A DNA stretch of 49,437 nt from Nitrospinota bacterium (GTDB taxonomy: Bacteria > UBA8248), in contig VXPH01000185.1 in assembly GCA_009839615.1 (NCBI GenBank), positions 1 through 49,437 of the forward strand, written 5' to 3'. Positions within the stretch are counted from its first letter, which is position 1, and each line of letters begins with the position of its first letter. The notes beneath the pieces were generated by a model, which was not told the origin of the DNA, did no database searches, and worked only from the letters and a program-made list of their open reading frames with translations. The position numbers and the translations under genes were made by a program. Below, piece by piece: positions 25,730 through 35,273 of the stretch.

Positions 25730-27277
25730 ATGAAAAGGGCCTTGTTGTGCGGATTTTGCCTGCTGCTCGTGGCGCTCGCCGCCTGCGGCCGTGAAGCGAA
25801 AGACGGGCCCTTTACGGTTCTCCTCTCGGTGGAAGCCAACACGCTCGACCCCCATTTCGCCACGGCCACCATCGAGTGGAGCATATTGATGAACATGTTC
25901 GACCCGCTCATCGAGCGGCGCGCCGATATGACGCTGGGCCCCGCTCTGGCCGAACGCTGGGAGGTGGACGAGACGAAAAAAATCTGGACGTTTCATCTCC
26001 GCAAAGGCGTGAAGTTTCATAACGGCGAGCCGTTCGACGCCGAATCCGTGCGCTACACGTTCGAGCGGATGCGCGATAAGAAACTCAAGCCCCGCATCAC
26101 GGTTTACCGGAGGATTTTCCTGGACAGGATAGAAAAGGTGGACTCCCACACCGTGAAGATTCACACCAAGCGCCCGGTCGCCACCCTGCCGGTGTGGATG
26201 GTGAACGCCTTCATGTTGCCGCCAAAGTATTATTCGTCGACCCCGCCCAAGGAGTTGCTTAAAAAACCCGTGGGCACGGGGCCATACAGGCTGGTGCGAT
26301 GGATCAAGGACGACCGCATCGAGATGAAGGCCAACGAGGGCTGGTGGCGGGGAAGGCCCGCGATAGAGAAGGTGATCTGGCGGCCGGTGGCGGAGGCTTC
26401 GGCCCGCATAGCGGAGCTTGAAACCGGTGGGGCCGACGTCATCATGAATATCTCGCCCGATCAGTCGAAAGCCATCATCAACAACGAAGAGGGCCTCCAG
26501 TTCAAGGGGGCGCGGGGCGGACGCAGGATCTATCTGGGGATTCGCACGGACCATGCGGTGCTCGGCGACTCCCGCGTCCGACGGGCGCTGAACCACGCGA
26601 TTGATTTCGAGGCCATCATCAAGAACGTTTTTCTGGGCCATGGCTCGCGAATGCGGAGCATCGTCAACGCCCCTAACGCCGCTCCGGACATCAAGGCGTA
26701 TGCCTACGATCCCCAAAAGGCGAAAGCGCTCCTCGCCGAGGCCGGCCTCGAGGACACGAATGGGGACGGTGTGCTGGAAGCGAATGGAAAGCCGTTTAAG
26801 ATAGAACTTGAAGTACCTTCTTCCAGGTATTTGAAAGGAAAGGAGATGGCGGAATTTTTGGCGGCTTATTTCCGCGACGTGGGCGTCCACGTGGAGGTCA
26901 TCCCCCTGGAGTGGTCCGTTTTCCTCGCCAGAAGAAGGAAAAAGACGCTGGCGCCCTTGTATTTTCACGGGTTCAGCTCCGCCTTCAACGAAGAACTCGA
27001 TTTGGGCGTACTGAGGCCCAACCTTTTTGCGAACCTCACCGCCTGGAGAAACCGCGAGTTCATTCAAAATTACAAGTCGCTCGGCCAGACGTTCGACCCC
27101 GCCGGACGCAAGCGGATCAGCTACCGGATGCAGCGCATCGTTCATGAGGAAAGCCCGTGGGTGTTCCTCTGGAACCAGTATGATTTTTTCGGCTTGAGCG
27201 CGAGGACGCAGTGGACGCCGAGGCCGGATGAGAGAATCTACCTGCCCACGATTCGCTTGAAAGAGACGAAAGGCTAG
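25730..27277 (+). CDS. dppA: Family-5 ABC substrate-binding lipoprotein (DppA/OppA-like)
   Basis: Lipobox LAAC; TLDP, PALAERW, WTFHLRKGVKFHNGEPFDA, PVGTGPY, RVRRALNHAID, YDPQKAKALLAEAG, DTNGDG loop. Confidence 0.92.
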   Translation: MKRALLCGFCLLLVALAACGREAKDGPFTVLLSVEANTLDPHFATATIEWSILMNMFDPLIERRADMTLGPALAERWEVDETKKIWTFHLRKGVKFHNGEPFDAESVRYTFERMRDKKLKPRITVYRRIFLDRIEKVDSHTVKIHTKRPVATLPVWMVNAFMLPPKYYSSTPPKELLKKPVGTGPYRLVRWIKDDRIEMKANEGWWRGRPAIEKVIWRPVAEASARIAELETGGADVIMNISPDQSKAIINNEEGLQFKGARGGRRIYLGIRTDHAVLGDSRVRRALNHAIDFEAIIKNVFLGHGSRMRSIVNAPNAAPDIKAYAYDPQKAKALLAEAGLEDTNGDGVLEANGKPFKIELEVPSSRYLKGKEMAEFLAAYFRDVGVHVEVIPLEWSVFLARRRKKTLAPLYFHGFSSAFNEELDLGVLRPNLFANLTAWRNREFIQNYKSLGQTFDPAGRKRISYRMQRIVHEESPWVFLWNQYDFFGLSARTQWTPRPDERIYLPTIRLKETKG

Positions 27278-27280
27278 ACG

Positions 27281-28198
27281 ATGGGCGCCTATCTTTTCAG
27301 ACGATTTCTCAGGGCCGTCGTGGTCGTGGTCGGCGTGAGCTTCATCTCGTTCGCCGTCTTGTTTCTATCGGGCGCCCCGACCGACACCATGGTGGGCGAG
27401 GACTGGACTGTCGAGGAGGTCCAGAAGCTCAAAGAAGACTTAGGCCTCGACAAGCCCTGGTTTGTCCAGTACGCGCTCTACGTGGGCCGTGCGGTGCAGG
27501 GGGACTTCGGAGAAAGCCTGCGCTACCGCCAGCCTGCATTCGAACTCATCATGGAGCGTCTGCCGGCGACTCTGGAGCTCGCCCTCGTGGCGCTGGTTCT
27601 CTCGATTATCCTGGCGTTTCCGGTAGGGGTCATCAGCGCGACGCAGCGCGGTTCCCCGTATGATCACGGGGGGATGCTGTTCGCGCTCCTGGGACAATCC
27701 ATGCCTGTTTTCTGGCTCGGTTTGATGCTGATCCTCATCTTCGGGGTGAGTCTGCGGTGGCTGCCCGTCAGCGGAAGGAGCGGCTGGGAGCATCTGGTCC
27801 TGCCCGCCATTGCGCTTTCCACATACTCGATTGCGAGAAATGCGCGGGTGGTCCGAAGCTCCATGCTGGAGGTTCTGCGCCATGAATACGTGAAGACCGC
27901 CCGCGCAAAGGGACTCTCCGAGTGGATCGTCATCAACCTGCACGTGCTCAGAAATTCCATGATCCCGGTGATCACCATCATCGGCCTGGAGTTCGGGCAC
28001 TTGCTGGGAGGGGCTGTGATCGTCGAGACGATTTTCTCCTGGCCGGGGGTGGGCAGGCTCCTGATTCAGGCCGTCTACGCCAAGGATTTCCCCCTGGTTC
28101 AGGCCTCGGTGACCATCACCGCCCTGATTTTCGTGTCCTTGAACCTCATCGTTGACATGATGTATTCCGTCCTCGACCCAAGGGTGAGACTCCATTGA
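27281..28198 (+). CDS. dppB: Peptide/nickel ABC transporter permease (DppB/OppB)
   Basis: LGLDKP..VQY, GDFGES, RLPATLEL, SMPVFWLG, HLVLPA, RSSMLEVL..EYVKTARAKGL, ETIFSWPGVG, DPRVR. Confidence 0.93.
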   Translation: MGAYLFRRFLRAVVVVVGVSFISFAVLFLSGAPTDTMVGEDWTVEEVQKLKEDLGLDKPWFVQYALYVGRAVQGDFGESLRYRQPAFELIMERLPATLELALVALVLSIILAFPVGVISATQRGSPYDHGGMLFALLGQSMPVFWLGLMLILIFGVSLRWLPVSGRSGWEHLVLPAIALSTYSIARNARVVRSSMLEVLRHEYVKTARAKGLSEWIVINLHVLRNSMIPVITIIGLEFGHLLGGAVIVETIFSWPGVGRLLIQAVYAKDFPLVQASVTITALIFVSLNLIVDMMYSVLDPRVRLH

Positions 28199-29133
28199 GC
28201 AGAACCGCCTATTTCTGGACGCCCGAATCACTCATGCACGACAACGGCCGGCATGTGGAGAACATGGAGCGCGCCAGGCGCCTGACGCCCGAGAGAATTC
28301 TCCCCCAAGTCCCGTCGCTCGGGCGCATGGAGATCACGCCCCACGACGCGAGTGAATGGGTGTTGCGAGTGCATGAGGAATCGCACCACAGTTTCGTGCG
28401 GGAGGCATGCGCCGGCGGCAGGTGCATTCTCGATGCCGGGGACACGCAGGCCGGCCCCGGAAGCTATGAGGCCGCCCTGGCCTCCGTCGATGCGGCTTTG
28501 AGTGCGGCGGATGCCGTCATGGCCGGTGAAGTGGATAACGCCTTTTGCGCCGCCAGACCTCCGGGCCACCACGCCTTGCCCTTTCAGTCGATGGGTTTCT
28601 GCCTGTTCGCCACCGCCTCCATCCTGGTCCGGTATCTACAGGAAAAACACCGCCTTCAGAGAATCGCTGTCGTGGATTGGGACGTGCACCACGGGAACGG
28701 TACGCAGCATATCTTCTGGCGAGATCCGGATGTGCTTTTTGTCTCTTTGCATCAGCATCCCCACTATCCCGGTACGGGGCTTGCGGGCGAGACGGGAGAA
28801 GGAGCCGGGGAGGGTGCGACGCTGAACATTCCCGTCGCAGCGGGAACGCCTGAAGAGGAATATCTGGCGAAGTTTCAAGAGAGCGTCATACCCGCCATCG
28901 AGGCGCAAGGGCCGGAGGCGATCGTCGTATCGGCGGGATTCGACGCGCACCGAGACGATCCGCTCGGGGGGCTGATGATCACCGAAGACGGGTTCGCCCG
29001 CCTGACCGGGTGGGTGAAGGCGCTTGCCGAGAGCCTTTGCGGGGGGCGGCTCGTCTGTCTGCTCGAGGGCGGGTACAACCTCGACGCATTGGAGCGCTCC
29101 GTCGTCGCGCACTTGCGGGAACTCTCCGCATAA
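28195..29133 (+). CDS. Histone-deacetylase-family (class II-like) amidohydrolase
   Basis: RPPGHHA, GFCLF, DWDVHHGNGTQ, SLHQ..YPGTG, SAGFDAH..DPL, LEGGY; TTG start overlaps the dppB stop (TTGA). Confidence 0.93.
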   Translation: MSRTAYFWTPESLMHDNGRHVENMERARRLTPERILPQVPSLGRMEITPHDASEWVLRVHEESHHSFVREACAGGRCILDAGDTQAGPGSYEAALASVDAALSAADAVMAGEVDNAFCAARPPGHHALPFQSMGFCLFATASILVRYLQEKHRLQRIAVVDWDVHHGNGTQHIFWRDPDVLFVSLHQHPHYPGTGLAGETGEGAGEGATLNIPVAAGTPEEEYLAKFQESVIPAIEAQGPEAIVVSAGFDAHRDDPLGGLMITEDGFARLTGWVKALAESLCGGRLVCLLEGGYNLDALERSVVAHLRELSA

Positions 29134-29167
29134 CGGATTTCAGACTTGTTTCAAGGCCGGGCCGTAA

Positions 29168-29201
29168 TTTAGTTGACTAACTAACTAAAAAAGATTATAT
29201 T
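29168..29201 (+). promoter_or_regulatory. Sigma70 promoter with overlapping palindromic TetR-type operator
   Basis: TTGACT (29173-29178)-17 nt-TATATT (29196-29201); inverted repeat TTAGTT-gact-AACTAA (29169-29184) covering the -35. Confidence 0.7.
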
Positions 29202-29278
29202 GTTTTGTGAGTCGCTTGGCGGCCCATTGCGGAGCATTTGTCCGCAAGACGAATTTCCACTCACCGGAGCGAGAGCGC

Positions 29279-29911
29279 ATGAAAGCAGCAACGGCGACGC
29301 CCAAGGGGCCAAAGGCGTCCGCGACAAAGCGCAAAATCATCGAAGCGGCCGCGCGGCTTGTCTATCAAAAAGGCTTTCATGCCACGTCGCTCGATATGGT
29401 GGCGCAGGCCGCCCGGGTGAACCGGGGGAGTCTGTACTATTTTTTCCGCTCCAAGAAGAATCTGGGCCTCGCCGTTATCGGGCATTATGAATTTCTCCTT
29501 CACCAGAATTACCTGTCCCCCTCGTTCGATATCGAAGCGAGTGGGCGGGAGAAAATCAGGCGTCTGGCGGAATCCTATGCCCGTATGCCGATTCAGGACT
29601 CCCCGTGCTGCGGATGCCCCATCGGCAACCTCTCGCTGGAGTTGAGCGCCTTGGACGAGGAGATGCGCTTGCGGTTGAAAAGGGTGTGGGACGGGGTTTT
29701 CGAGAGAATCGTCCTCGTGTTGACGCAGTCCCAAGAGGAGGGTGACCTTCCGGATGAGCTTGAGCCGCTCGCGCATGCGCGTTCTTTTTTCTCGCAGATT
29801 CAGGGCGCGCATATCATCGCGAGGTGTTCGCAGGATGAGGCGTTTTTGCGCGAAGACTGCGGGCGTGCTTTTATGAGCCTGCCTTGGGTACAAAACGGGG
29901 AGTCGAAATGA
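29279..29911 (+). CDS. TetR/AcrR-family regulator (NemR/LmrA-like) with CCGC motif
   Basis: HTH IIEAAARL..QKGFHATSLD.VA..ARVNRGSLYYFF.SK; C-domain CCGCPIGNLSLEL; GGAG RBS before ATG 29279. Confidence 0.9.
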   Translation: MKAATATPKGPKASATKRKIIEAAARLVYQKGFHATSLDMVAQAARVNRGSLYYFFRSKKNLGLAVIGHYEFLLHQNYLSPSFDIEASGREKIRRLAESYARMPIQDSPCCGCPIGNLSLELSALDEEMRLRLKRVWDGVFERIVLVLTQSQEEGDLPDELEPLAHARSFFSQIQGAHIIARCSQDEAFLREDCGRAFMSLPWVQNGESK

Positions 29912-31056
29912 ACGGGGGAGGTCGTGAGTTCAGGCGTGGAGGCGTAACCTATTCCAGCGGATGGCGGTGGATCGTCTGGTGTGTTTTCGTGCTGGGCGTC
30001 GTTCTCGCATGGCTGTTCGCAAGGGGTTATTTCGACACCCTTCACGACCCCGACGCCGTGCCCCGCGTCGTCACCCCGCGCGGAGATCTCGCCGCCGAGG
30101 AAAAATCCAACATCGAGCTGTTCCGTCTCTCTTCCCCGTCGGTCGTCTACATCACGAAGCTGGCGATGCGGCGCGATGGGTTCAGCCTCAACTTGTTCGA
30201 GATTCCCCAAGGCACGGGTTCGGGTTTCTTCTGGAACGATCAGGGCCACGTCATCACGAACTTTCACGTCATCCGGGGAGCGAGCGCCCTGCGCGTCACC
30301 CTCGCGGATAATTCCGAGTGGGATGCGCGCGTGGTGGGGGTATCGCCGGATCAGGATTTGGCGGTCTTGTTCATCAATGCGCCGAAAAGCCGCCTGAAAC
30401 CGATCGCCATCGGACAGTCCGCGAACCTGCAGGTGGGCCAGCGGGTGTTCGCCATCGGCAATCCCTTCGGACTGGACCAGACGCTCACGACGGGGATCAT
30501 CAGCGCACTGGGACGCGAGATCAACAGCGTATCGGGCCGCAAGATCAGCGGCGTCATCCAGACCGACGCCGCGATCAATCCGGGCAATTCCGGGGGGCCT
30601 CTGCTGGACAGCGCCGGGCGCCTCATCGGCGTGAACACCGCCATTTTCAGCCCCTGCGGCTCCAACGCAGGCATCGGCTTCGCGGTTCCCGTGGATACCG
30701 TGAACAGGGTGGTGCCAGAGTTGATCCGCCACGGCCGCGTCATCAGGCCCGGGCTCGGCATCCATGTGGCCGACAGGGGGACGGCGGAGCGCTTCGGCGT
30801 GCGGGGCGTGCTGATCCTTCGCGTGCAAAAAGGCAGCGTGGCCGAAGGGGCGGGGCTGCGCGGCACCGGGAGGAACCGGACGGGGAGCCTCGTGCTCGGC
30901 GACGTGATAGTCGGCGTGGGGGAAAAATCCGTGTCCTCGCTTGATGACTTGCTGGACGCCCTCGATGCGCACAAGGTGGGCGACGTCGTCGAAGTGCACC
31001 TGATGCGCGACGGGAGCCGGATGAGCGTGAGCGTGAAGCTTCAGGCCCTGGGCTAG
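29908..31056 (+). CDS. HtrA/Deg-like trypsin serine protease with N-terminal TM and a single PDZ domain
   Basis: GTGSGF, TNFHV (His), DLAVL (Asp), AIGNPFGL, QTDAAINPGNSGGPL (Ser), PDZ RPGLGI...GDVIVGV; ATGA overlap with tetR. Confidence 0.92.
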   Translation: MNGGGREFRRGGVTYSSGWRWIVWCVFVLGVVLAWLFARGYFDTLHDPDAVPRVVTPRGDLAAEEKSNIELFRLSSPSVVYITKLAMRRDGFSLNLFEIPQGTGSGFFWNDQGHVITNFHVIRGASALRVTLADNSEWDARVVGVSPDQDLAVLFINAPKSRLKPIAIGQSANLQVGQRVFAIGNPFGLDQTLTTGIISALGREINSVSGRKISGVIQTDAAINPGNSGGPLLDSAGRLIGVNTAIFSPCGSNAGIGFAVPVDTVNRVVPELIRHGRVIRPGLGIHVADRGTAERFGVRGVLILRVQKGSVAEGAGLRGTGRNRTGSLVLGDVIVGVGEKSVSSLDDLLDALDAHKVGDVVEVHLMRDGSRMSVSVKLQALG

Positions 31057-31065
31057 GGGTGTGAC

Positions 31066-33477
31066 ATGTCCATAAATTCCATTCCCGAAATGCTGGAGAT
31101 TCCGGTCGAGGGCATGTCGTGCGCGGCGTGTTCCACGAGGCTGGAAAAACGACTCGACGCGCTCGACGGCGTTTTGCGCGCGAACGTGAATCTGGCCCTC
31201 GCGCGCGCGCAGGTCGAGTTCGTTCCCGCCCAGGTGACGCCCGCCGACATCACCAGAAGGGTGGAAAAAACGGGATTCCGCGTTCCGAATACTCGCGTCG
31301 AGTTCACGATAGAGGGGATGGAGGAGGCGGCGGACGCCACGGGCCTGGAGGAGCAATTGAGCGGGTTGGACGGCGTCATGTCCGCCGACGTGAACCTTGC
31401 AAGCGGCCGCGGTCGTGTGGAGTTCCAGCCGGCCCTGGCTCGCGCCGATGAGATTCTTGATTACGCGGCCAGAGCGGGGTATTCGGTCCGTCCCGTGACG
31501 GATGAGGAGCAGGACGCGGAAAAAATCAAACGGGAGCGCGAATTCAGGAAAAGCGTGCGTCTGCTCGTTCTCTCCGCGGTTTTATCCACACCTCTTCTCA
31601 TACAGATGGCGGGGATGCTCCCCGGCGCGGGGGGATGGGAGTTGCCCAGGTGGTGGCAGCTCGCGCTCGCTACGCCCGTGCAATTCATCGTCGGCCGGCG
31701 GTTTTACCAGGGCGCGTATCATTCGCTCATGGGCGGAGGCGCGAACATGGACGTTCTCGTCGCCCTGGGTACGAGTGCGGCCTGGCTGCACAGCAGCGCC
31801 GTGACGCTATGGGGCCTGAGCGGGCATCACGTGTATTTCGAGGCGTCCGCGGTTCTGATCACGCTCATCGTGCTGGGGAAAGTGCTCGAAGAGCGCGCCA
31901 TGGGCAGAACCTCGGAAGCCATCAGGAAACTCATGGGCCTTCAGGCGAAGACGGCGCGCGTGCTCCGCGGCGGGGAAGAACGCGAGGTTCCCGTGGACGA
32001 GGTCCGCGTGGGCGACGTCGTGATGGTGCGCCCGGGCGAGAAATATCCCGTGGACGGGATCATCCTGGAGGGAGCCACTTCCGTCGATGAATCCATGCTG
32101 ACGGGCGAGAGCGTTCCCGTGGCGAAAGAGGTGGGAGACGCCGTTACCGGGGCCACGATCAACATCGACGGGGCGGTGAAGTTCCGTGCCTTGAGGGTGG
32201 GGAAGGAAACGGTGCTCGCGCAGATTATCCGCATGGTGGAGCAGGCGCAGGGCTCCAAGGCGCCGATTCAGCGCACCGCGGACAGGGTGTCGGGCATATT
32301 CGTGCCCATCGTCCTTGGAATCGCTCTCGTCACATACATTCTCTGGGACTTTATGGGGCCGTTCACGCCCGCGCTCATCAACGCCGTCGCCGTTCTAGTC
32401 ATTGCCTGCCCGTGCGCCTTGGGATTAGCGACGCCTACGGCGATCATGGTGGGTACGGGGAAAGGGGCCGAGGCCGGGGTTCTCATCAAGGGCGGCGAGG
32501 CACTCGAGACGGCGCACCGGCTGGACGCCGTCATTCTGGACAAAACGGGCACGCTCACGAAGGGGACGCCCGTGGTGACCGACCTGTTGCCGCTGGGTGG
32601 ACTCTCCCAGGAGGAATTGCTCCGGCTCGCGGCGAGTGCGGAGCGGGGTTCCGAGCATCCCTTGGGAAAAGCGGTAGTGGATGAGGCCAAAACGCGCGGC
32701 GCGGAGTTGCTCGAAATGCGGGATTTCCGCGCCTTCCCGGGGCATGGCCTGGAAGCGAATGTGGGTGAGCGGAAAATATATCTGGGCAACGAGAAGTTCA
32801 TGGCGGAGCGGGGCGTGGATGCAACCGGCTCAGTCGATGAAGTTCGCCGTCTCGAATCGCAGGGGAAAACCGTAATCTTCATCGCGGATGGAGATAGCCT
32901 GCTGGGCGTCATCGGCGTCGCCGACAGCTTGAGGGAGAATTCTGCGGAAGCGGTGGCAGCTCTCCAGAACATGGGAATCGAGGTTTACATGATGACGGGC
33001 GACAACGAGCGGACGGCGCAGGCCATAGCGGCGGAAGCGGGGGTTTCTCACGTGATGGCGGAGGTGATGCCGGATGAAAAGGCCGCCATGGTGCAGCGGC
33101 TCAAGAGAGAGGGCAAGAAGGTGGGCATGGTGGGCGACGGCATCAACGACGCGCCCGCACTGGCCGCCGCGGACGTGGGCTTCGCCATCGGCACGGGCAC
33201 GGACATCGCGATGGAGGCATCGGACATCACGCTGATGCAGGGCGATCTGACGGGCGTCGTATCGGGAGTACATCTTTCCAAGACCGTGTTGCGAAAAATA
33301 CGCCAGAACCTTTTCTGGGCGTTTTTCTACAACATCCTCGGCATCCCCCTGGCGGCGTTCGGGTTCTTGAGCCCCGTCGTCGCGGGGGCGGCCATGGCGT
33401 TCAGTTCCGTATCTGTCGTCTCGAACACCTTGCTGCTCAGAAACTGGAAGCCCCCTCGTTCGGGGAGTGTGAGCTAG
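31066..33477 (+). CDS. copA: Cu(I)-translocating P1B-type ATPase
   Basis: [46 protein letters not shown] and MAFSS Cu(I) TM signatures. Confidence 0.95.
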   Translation: MSINSIPEMLEIPVEGMSCAACSTRLEKRLDALDGVLRANVNLALARAQVEFVPAQVTPADITRRVEKTGFRVPNTRVEFTIEGMEEAADATGLEEQLSGLDGVMSADVNLASGRGRVEFQPALARADEILDYAARAGYSVRPVTDEEQDAEKIKREREFRKSVRLLVLSAVLSTPLLIQMAGMLPGAGGWELPRWWQLALATPVQFIVGRRFYQGAYHSLMGGGANMDVLVALGTSAAWLHSSAVTLWGLSGHHVYFEASAVLITLIVLGKVLEERAMGRTSEAIRKLMGLQAKTARVLRGGEEREVPVDEVRVGDVVMVRPGEKYPVDGIILEGATSVDESMLTGESVPVAKEVGDAVTGATINIDGAVKFRALRVGKETVLAQIIRMVEQAQGSKAPIQRTADRVSGIFVPIVLGIALVTYILWDFMGPFTPALINAVAVLVIACPCALGLATPTAIMVGTGKGAEAGVLIKGGEALETAHRLDAVILDKTGTLTKGTPVVTDLLPLGGLSQEELLRLAASAERGSEHPLGKAVVDEAKTRGAELLEMRDFRAFPGHGLEANVGERKIYLGNEKFMAERGVDATGSVDEVRRLESQGKTVIFIADGDSLLGVIGVADSLRENSAEAVAALQNMGIEVYMMTGDNERTAQAIAAEAGVSHVMAEVMPDEKAAMVQRLKREGKKVGMVGDGINDAPALAAADVGFAIGTGTDIAMEASDITLMQGDLTGVVSGVHLSKTVLRKIRQNLFWAFFYNILGIPLAAFGFLSPVVAGAAMAFSSVSVVSNTLLLRNWKPPRSGSVS

Positions 33478-33528
33478 ATTCGGGCTGAGATCTTGACGAT
33501 TCGGTTTTCTTGATTGGAGAAACAGAAA

Positions 33529-33735
33529 ATGGCCAAAGTGGAGATAATTGTCGGCGGAATGAGTTGCGGGATGTGCCAATCCGCTGTTCAGGAGGCGTTA
33601 AGCGGCGTGGAAGGGGTGGCCGAGGCCGCTGTCGATCTGGAAGGAGGCAGGGCGACGGTCGTTTTCGATGAGGAGGCGACGAATCTCGACGCCTTGCGCA
33701 CCGCCGTTGAAGACGCCGGATTTGATGTTGAATAA
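33529..33735 (+). CDS. copZ: Copper chaperone (HMA domain)
   Basis: GMSCGMC, ~68 aa ferredoxin-like fold ending AVEDAGFDV; follows copA. Confidence 0.9.
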   Translation: MAKVEIIVGGMSCGMCQSAVQEALSGVEGVAEAAVDLEGGRATVVFDEEATNLDALRTAVEDAGFDVE

Positions 33736-33806
33736 AGCACGTATTAACAGATAGTTATATGATTTATATAAAGTAAATTCTTGGCTCATTTGAGCCGATA
33801 TCGACC

Positions 33807-34430
33807 CTACCTCGGCTGTCCGTCCTGGAAACTTCTCTCCAGAAACTCCCCGAGCGTGCACTGCCAGAAGCCGTTCAGGCGGCCGATGGGTTCGAGCTTT
33901 TTCATGTCGATATAGGCGCCCGTCATGACGTCGGGGTTGACGTGGAAATAGACGACTTCCCCGATCAGGAGCGGGTGCTTGTTCGGTCCCAGTTCGAACA
34001 CGTTGTGGGTCTTGCACTCGAAGTGAATGGGTGCGTCCTTGATGCGCGGCGCCTTCACCTTCTTTGCGGGTATCGGCTCGAGGCCTGTGGCGTCGAATTC
34101 GCTCTCCTCCGCCGGGATGCCGTTCGCCGTGTCCACCATCTGCTCCCAATGGCGGTGGGTGACGACGTTGAAGCAGAATTCCCCGGTTTCCTGCGCGTTG
34201 ATGAGGGTGTGCTTCTTGGTGCCGTCGGGGTTTCTCGCCACGGTGAGCGATATCATCGGCGGCGCCACGCAGACGCAGGTGAAGAAGCTGAAGGGCGCGA
34301 TGTTGTGGATCCCCTCCTTGCTGATGGACGACGCCCAGCCGATGGGGCGGGGGACGATGGAGCCCGTGAGCAGGCGGTAAATCTCGCGCCGCTCTATCTC
34401 GTCGGGGTCGAATTCCAGGTATTCGCTCAT
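33807..34430 (-). CDS. Flavin reductase-like (DIM6/NTAB) FMN-binding protein
   Basis: YRLLTGSIVPRPIGW, NIAPFSFF, KHTLINAQETGEF, SEFDATGL, PRIKDAPIHFEC, PIGRL. Confidence 0.88.
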   Translation of the reverse strand: MSEYLEFDPDEIERREIYRLLTGSIVPRPIGWASSISKEGIHNIAPFSFFTCVCVAPPMISLTVARNPDGTKKHTLINAQETGEFCFNVVTHRHWEQMVDTANGIPAEESEFDATGLEPIPAKKVKAPRIKDAPIHFECKTHNVFELGPNKHPLLIGEVVYFHVNPDVMTGAYIDMKKLEPIGRLNGFWQCTLGEFLERSFQDGQPR

Positions 34431-34476
34431 CAAAAAAGTCCTCAAAATGGCTGTAAGCACCTATGAATTATCGCAA

Positions 34477-35244
34477 TTACGACATGTAGCGTCCCGCGTT
34501 CACGGCGATGGTCTGGCCCGTGAGGTAGGCGGATTCGCGCGAGGCCAGCATGAGCACCCAGCCCACCATATCCTCCACGTCGGCGATGCGGCCCAAAAGC
34601 GTGCCCTTGCCGATCATCTCGCGCTGCTCTTCCGAGCGCACCGCGATGACGCGTTCTGTCGCCGTCGTTCCGGGTGCGATGGCGTTCACGCGCACGTTGT
34701 ATTTCCCCAGGTCGTAGGCGAGCACGCGGGTCAGGGCGTGGACGCCCGCCTTGGCCGCCGCATAGGGCGGGGATGAGGGCTGGAGCGTCGTGATGCCCGA
34801 CATGGAGCCCAGGTTGATCACGCAGCCGCTGTTTTGCTTCTCGAAAACGGGCGTGAGGTATTTCGAAGTCAGGAACACGCTTTTCAAGTTCCTGTCCACC
34901 ACGGCGTCCCACTCGTCTTCGGAGGTATCGCCCATGGAGAGCTGCTGGTGAAAACCGCCGGCGGAATTGACGAAAATGTCGATGGCGCCCGCCTCGCTCG
35001 CGATGCGCCCTATCATCTGTTTCACGGCCACCGAATCCGTGAGGTCGCAGTCGATGAAAGTGGCGTCGCCTCCACCCTCGCGGATGGCGGCAGCGGCCGC
35101 TTCTCCGGGTTCGACGTCGATGTCGACGAGATACACTTTGGCACCCGCCTCGGCGAACCGCTCCGCCGATCCTTTGCCGATGCCGCGCGACCCACCCGTG
35201 ATGACGGCGACCTGTCCGGAAAAATCAAAACTCGTCTTGCCCAT
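34477..35244 (-). CDS. Classical SDR oxidoreductase (FabG-like)
   Basis: TGGSRGIG, NSAG, NLGS, YAAAK, RVNAIAPG, LTGQTIAVNAG. Confidence 0.92.
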   Translation of the reverse strand: MGKTSFDFSGQVAVITGGSRGIGKGSAERFAEAGAKVYLVDIDVEPGEAAAAAIREGGGDATFIDCDLTDSVAVKQMIGRIASEAGAIDIFVNSAGGFHQQLSMGDTSEDEWDAVVDRNLKSVFLTSKYLTPVFEKQNSGCVINLGSMSGITTLQPSSPPYAAAKAGVHALTRVLAYDLGKYNVRVNAIAPGTTATERVIAVRSEEQREMIGKGTLLGRIADVEDMVGWVLMLASRESAYLTGQTIAVNAGRYMS

Positions 35245-35273
35245 GAATCGTTCTCCTCAGGGATGATGAATCT

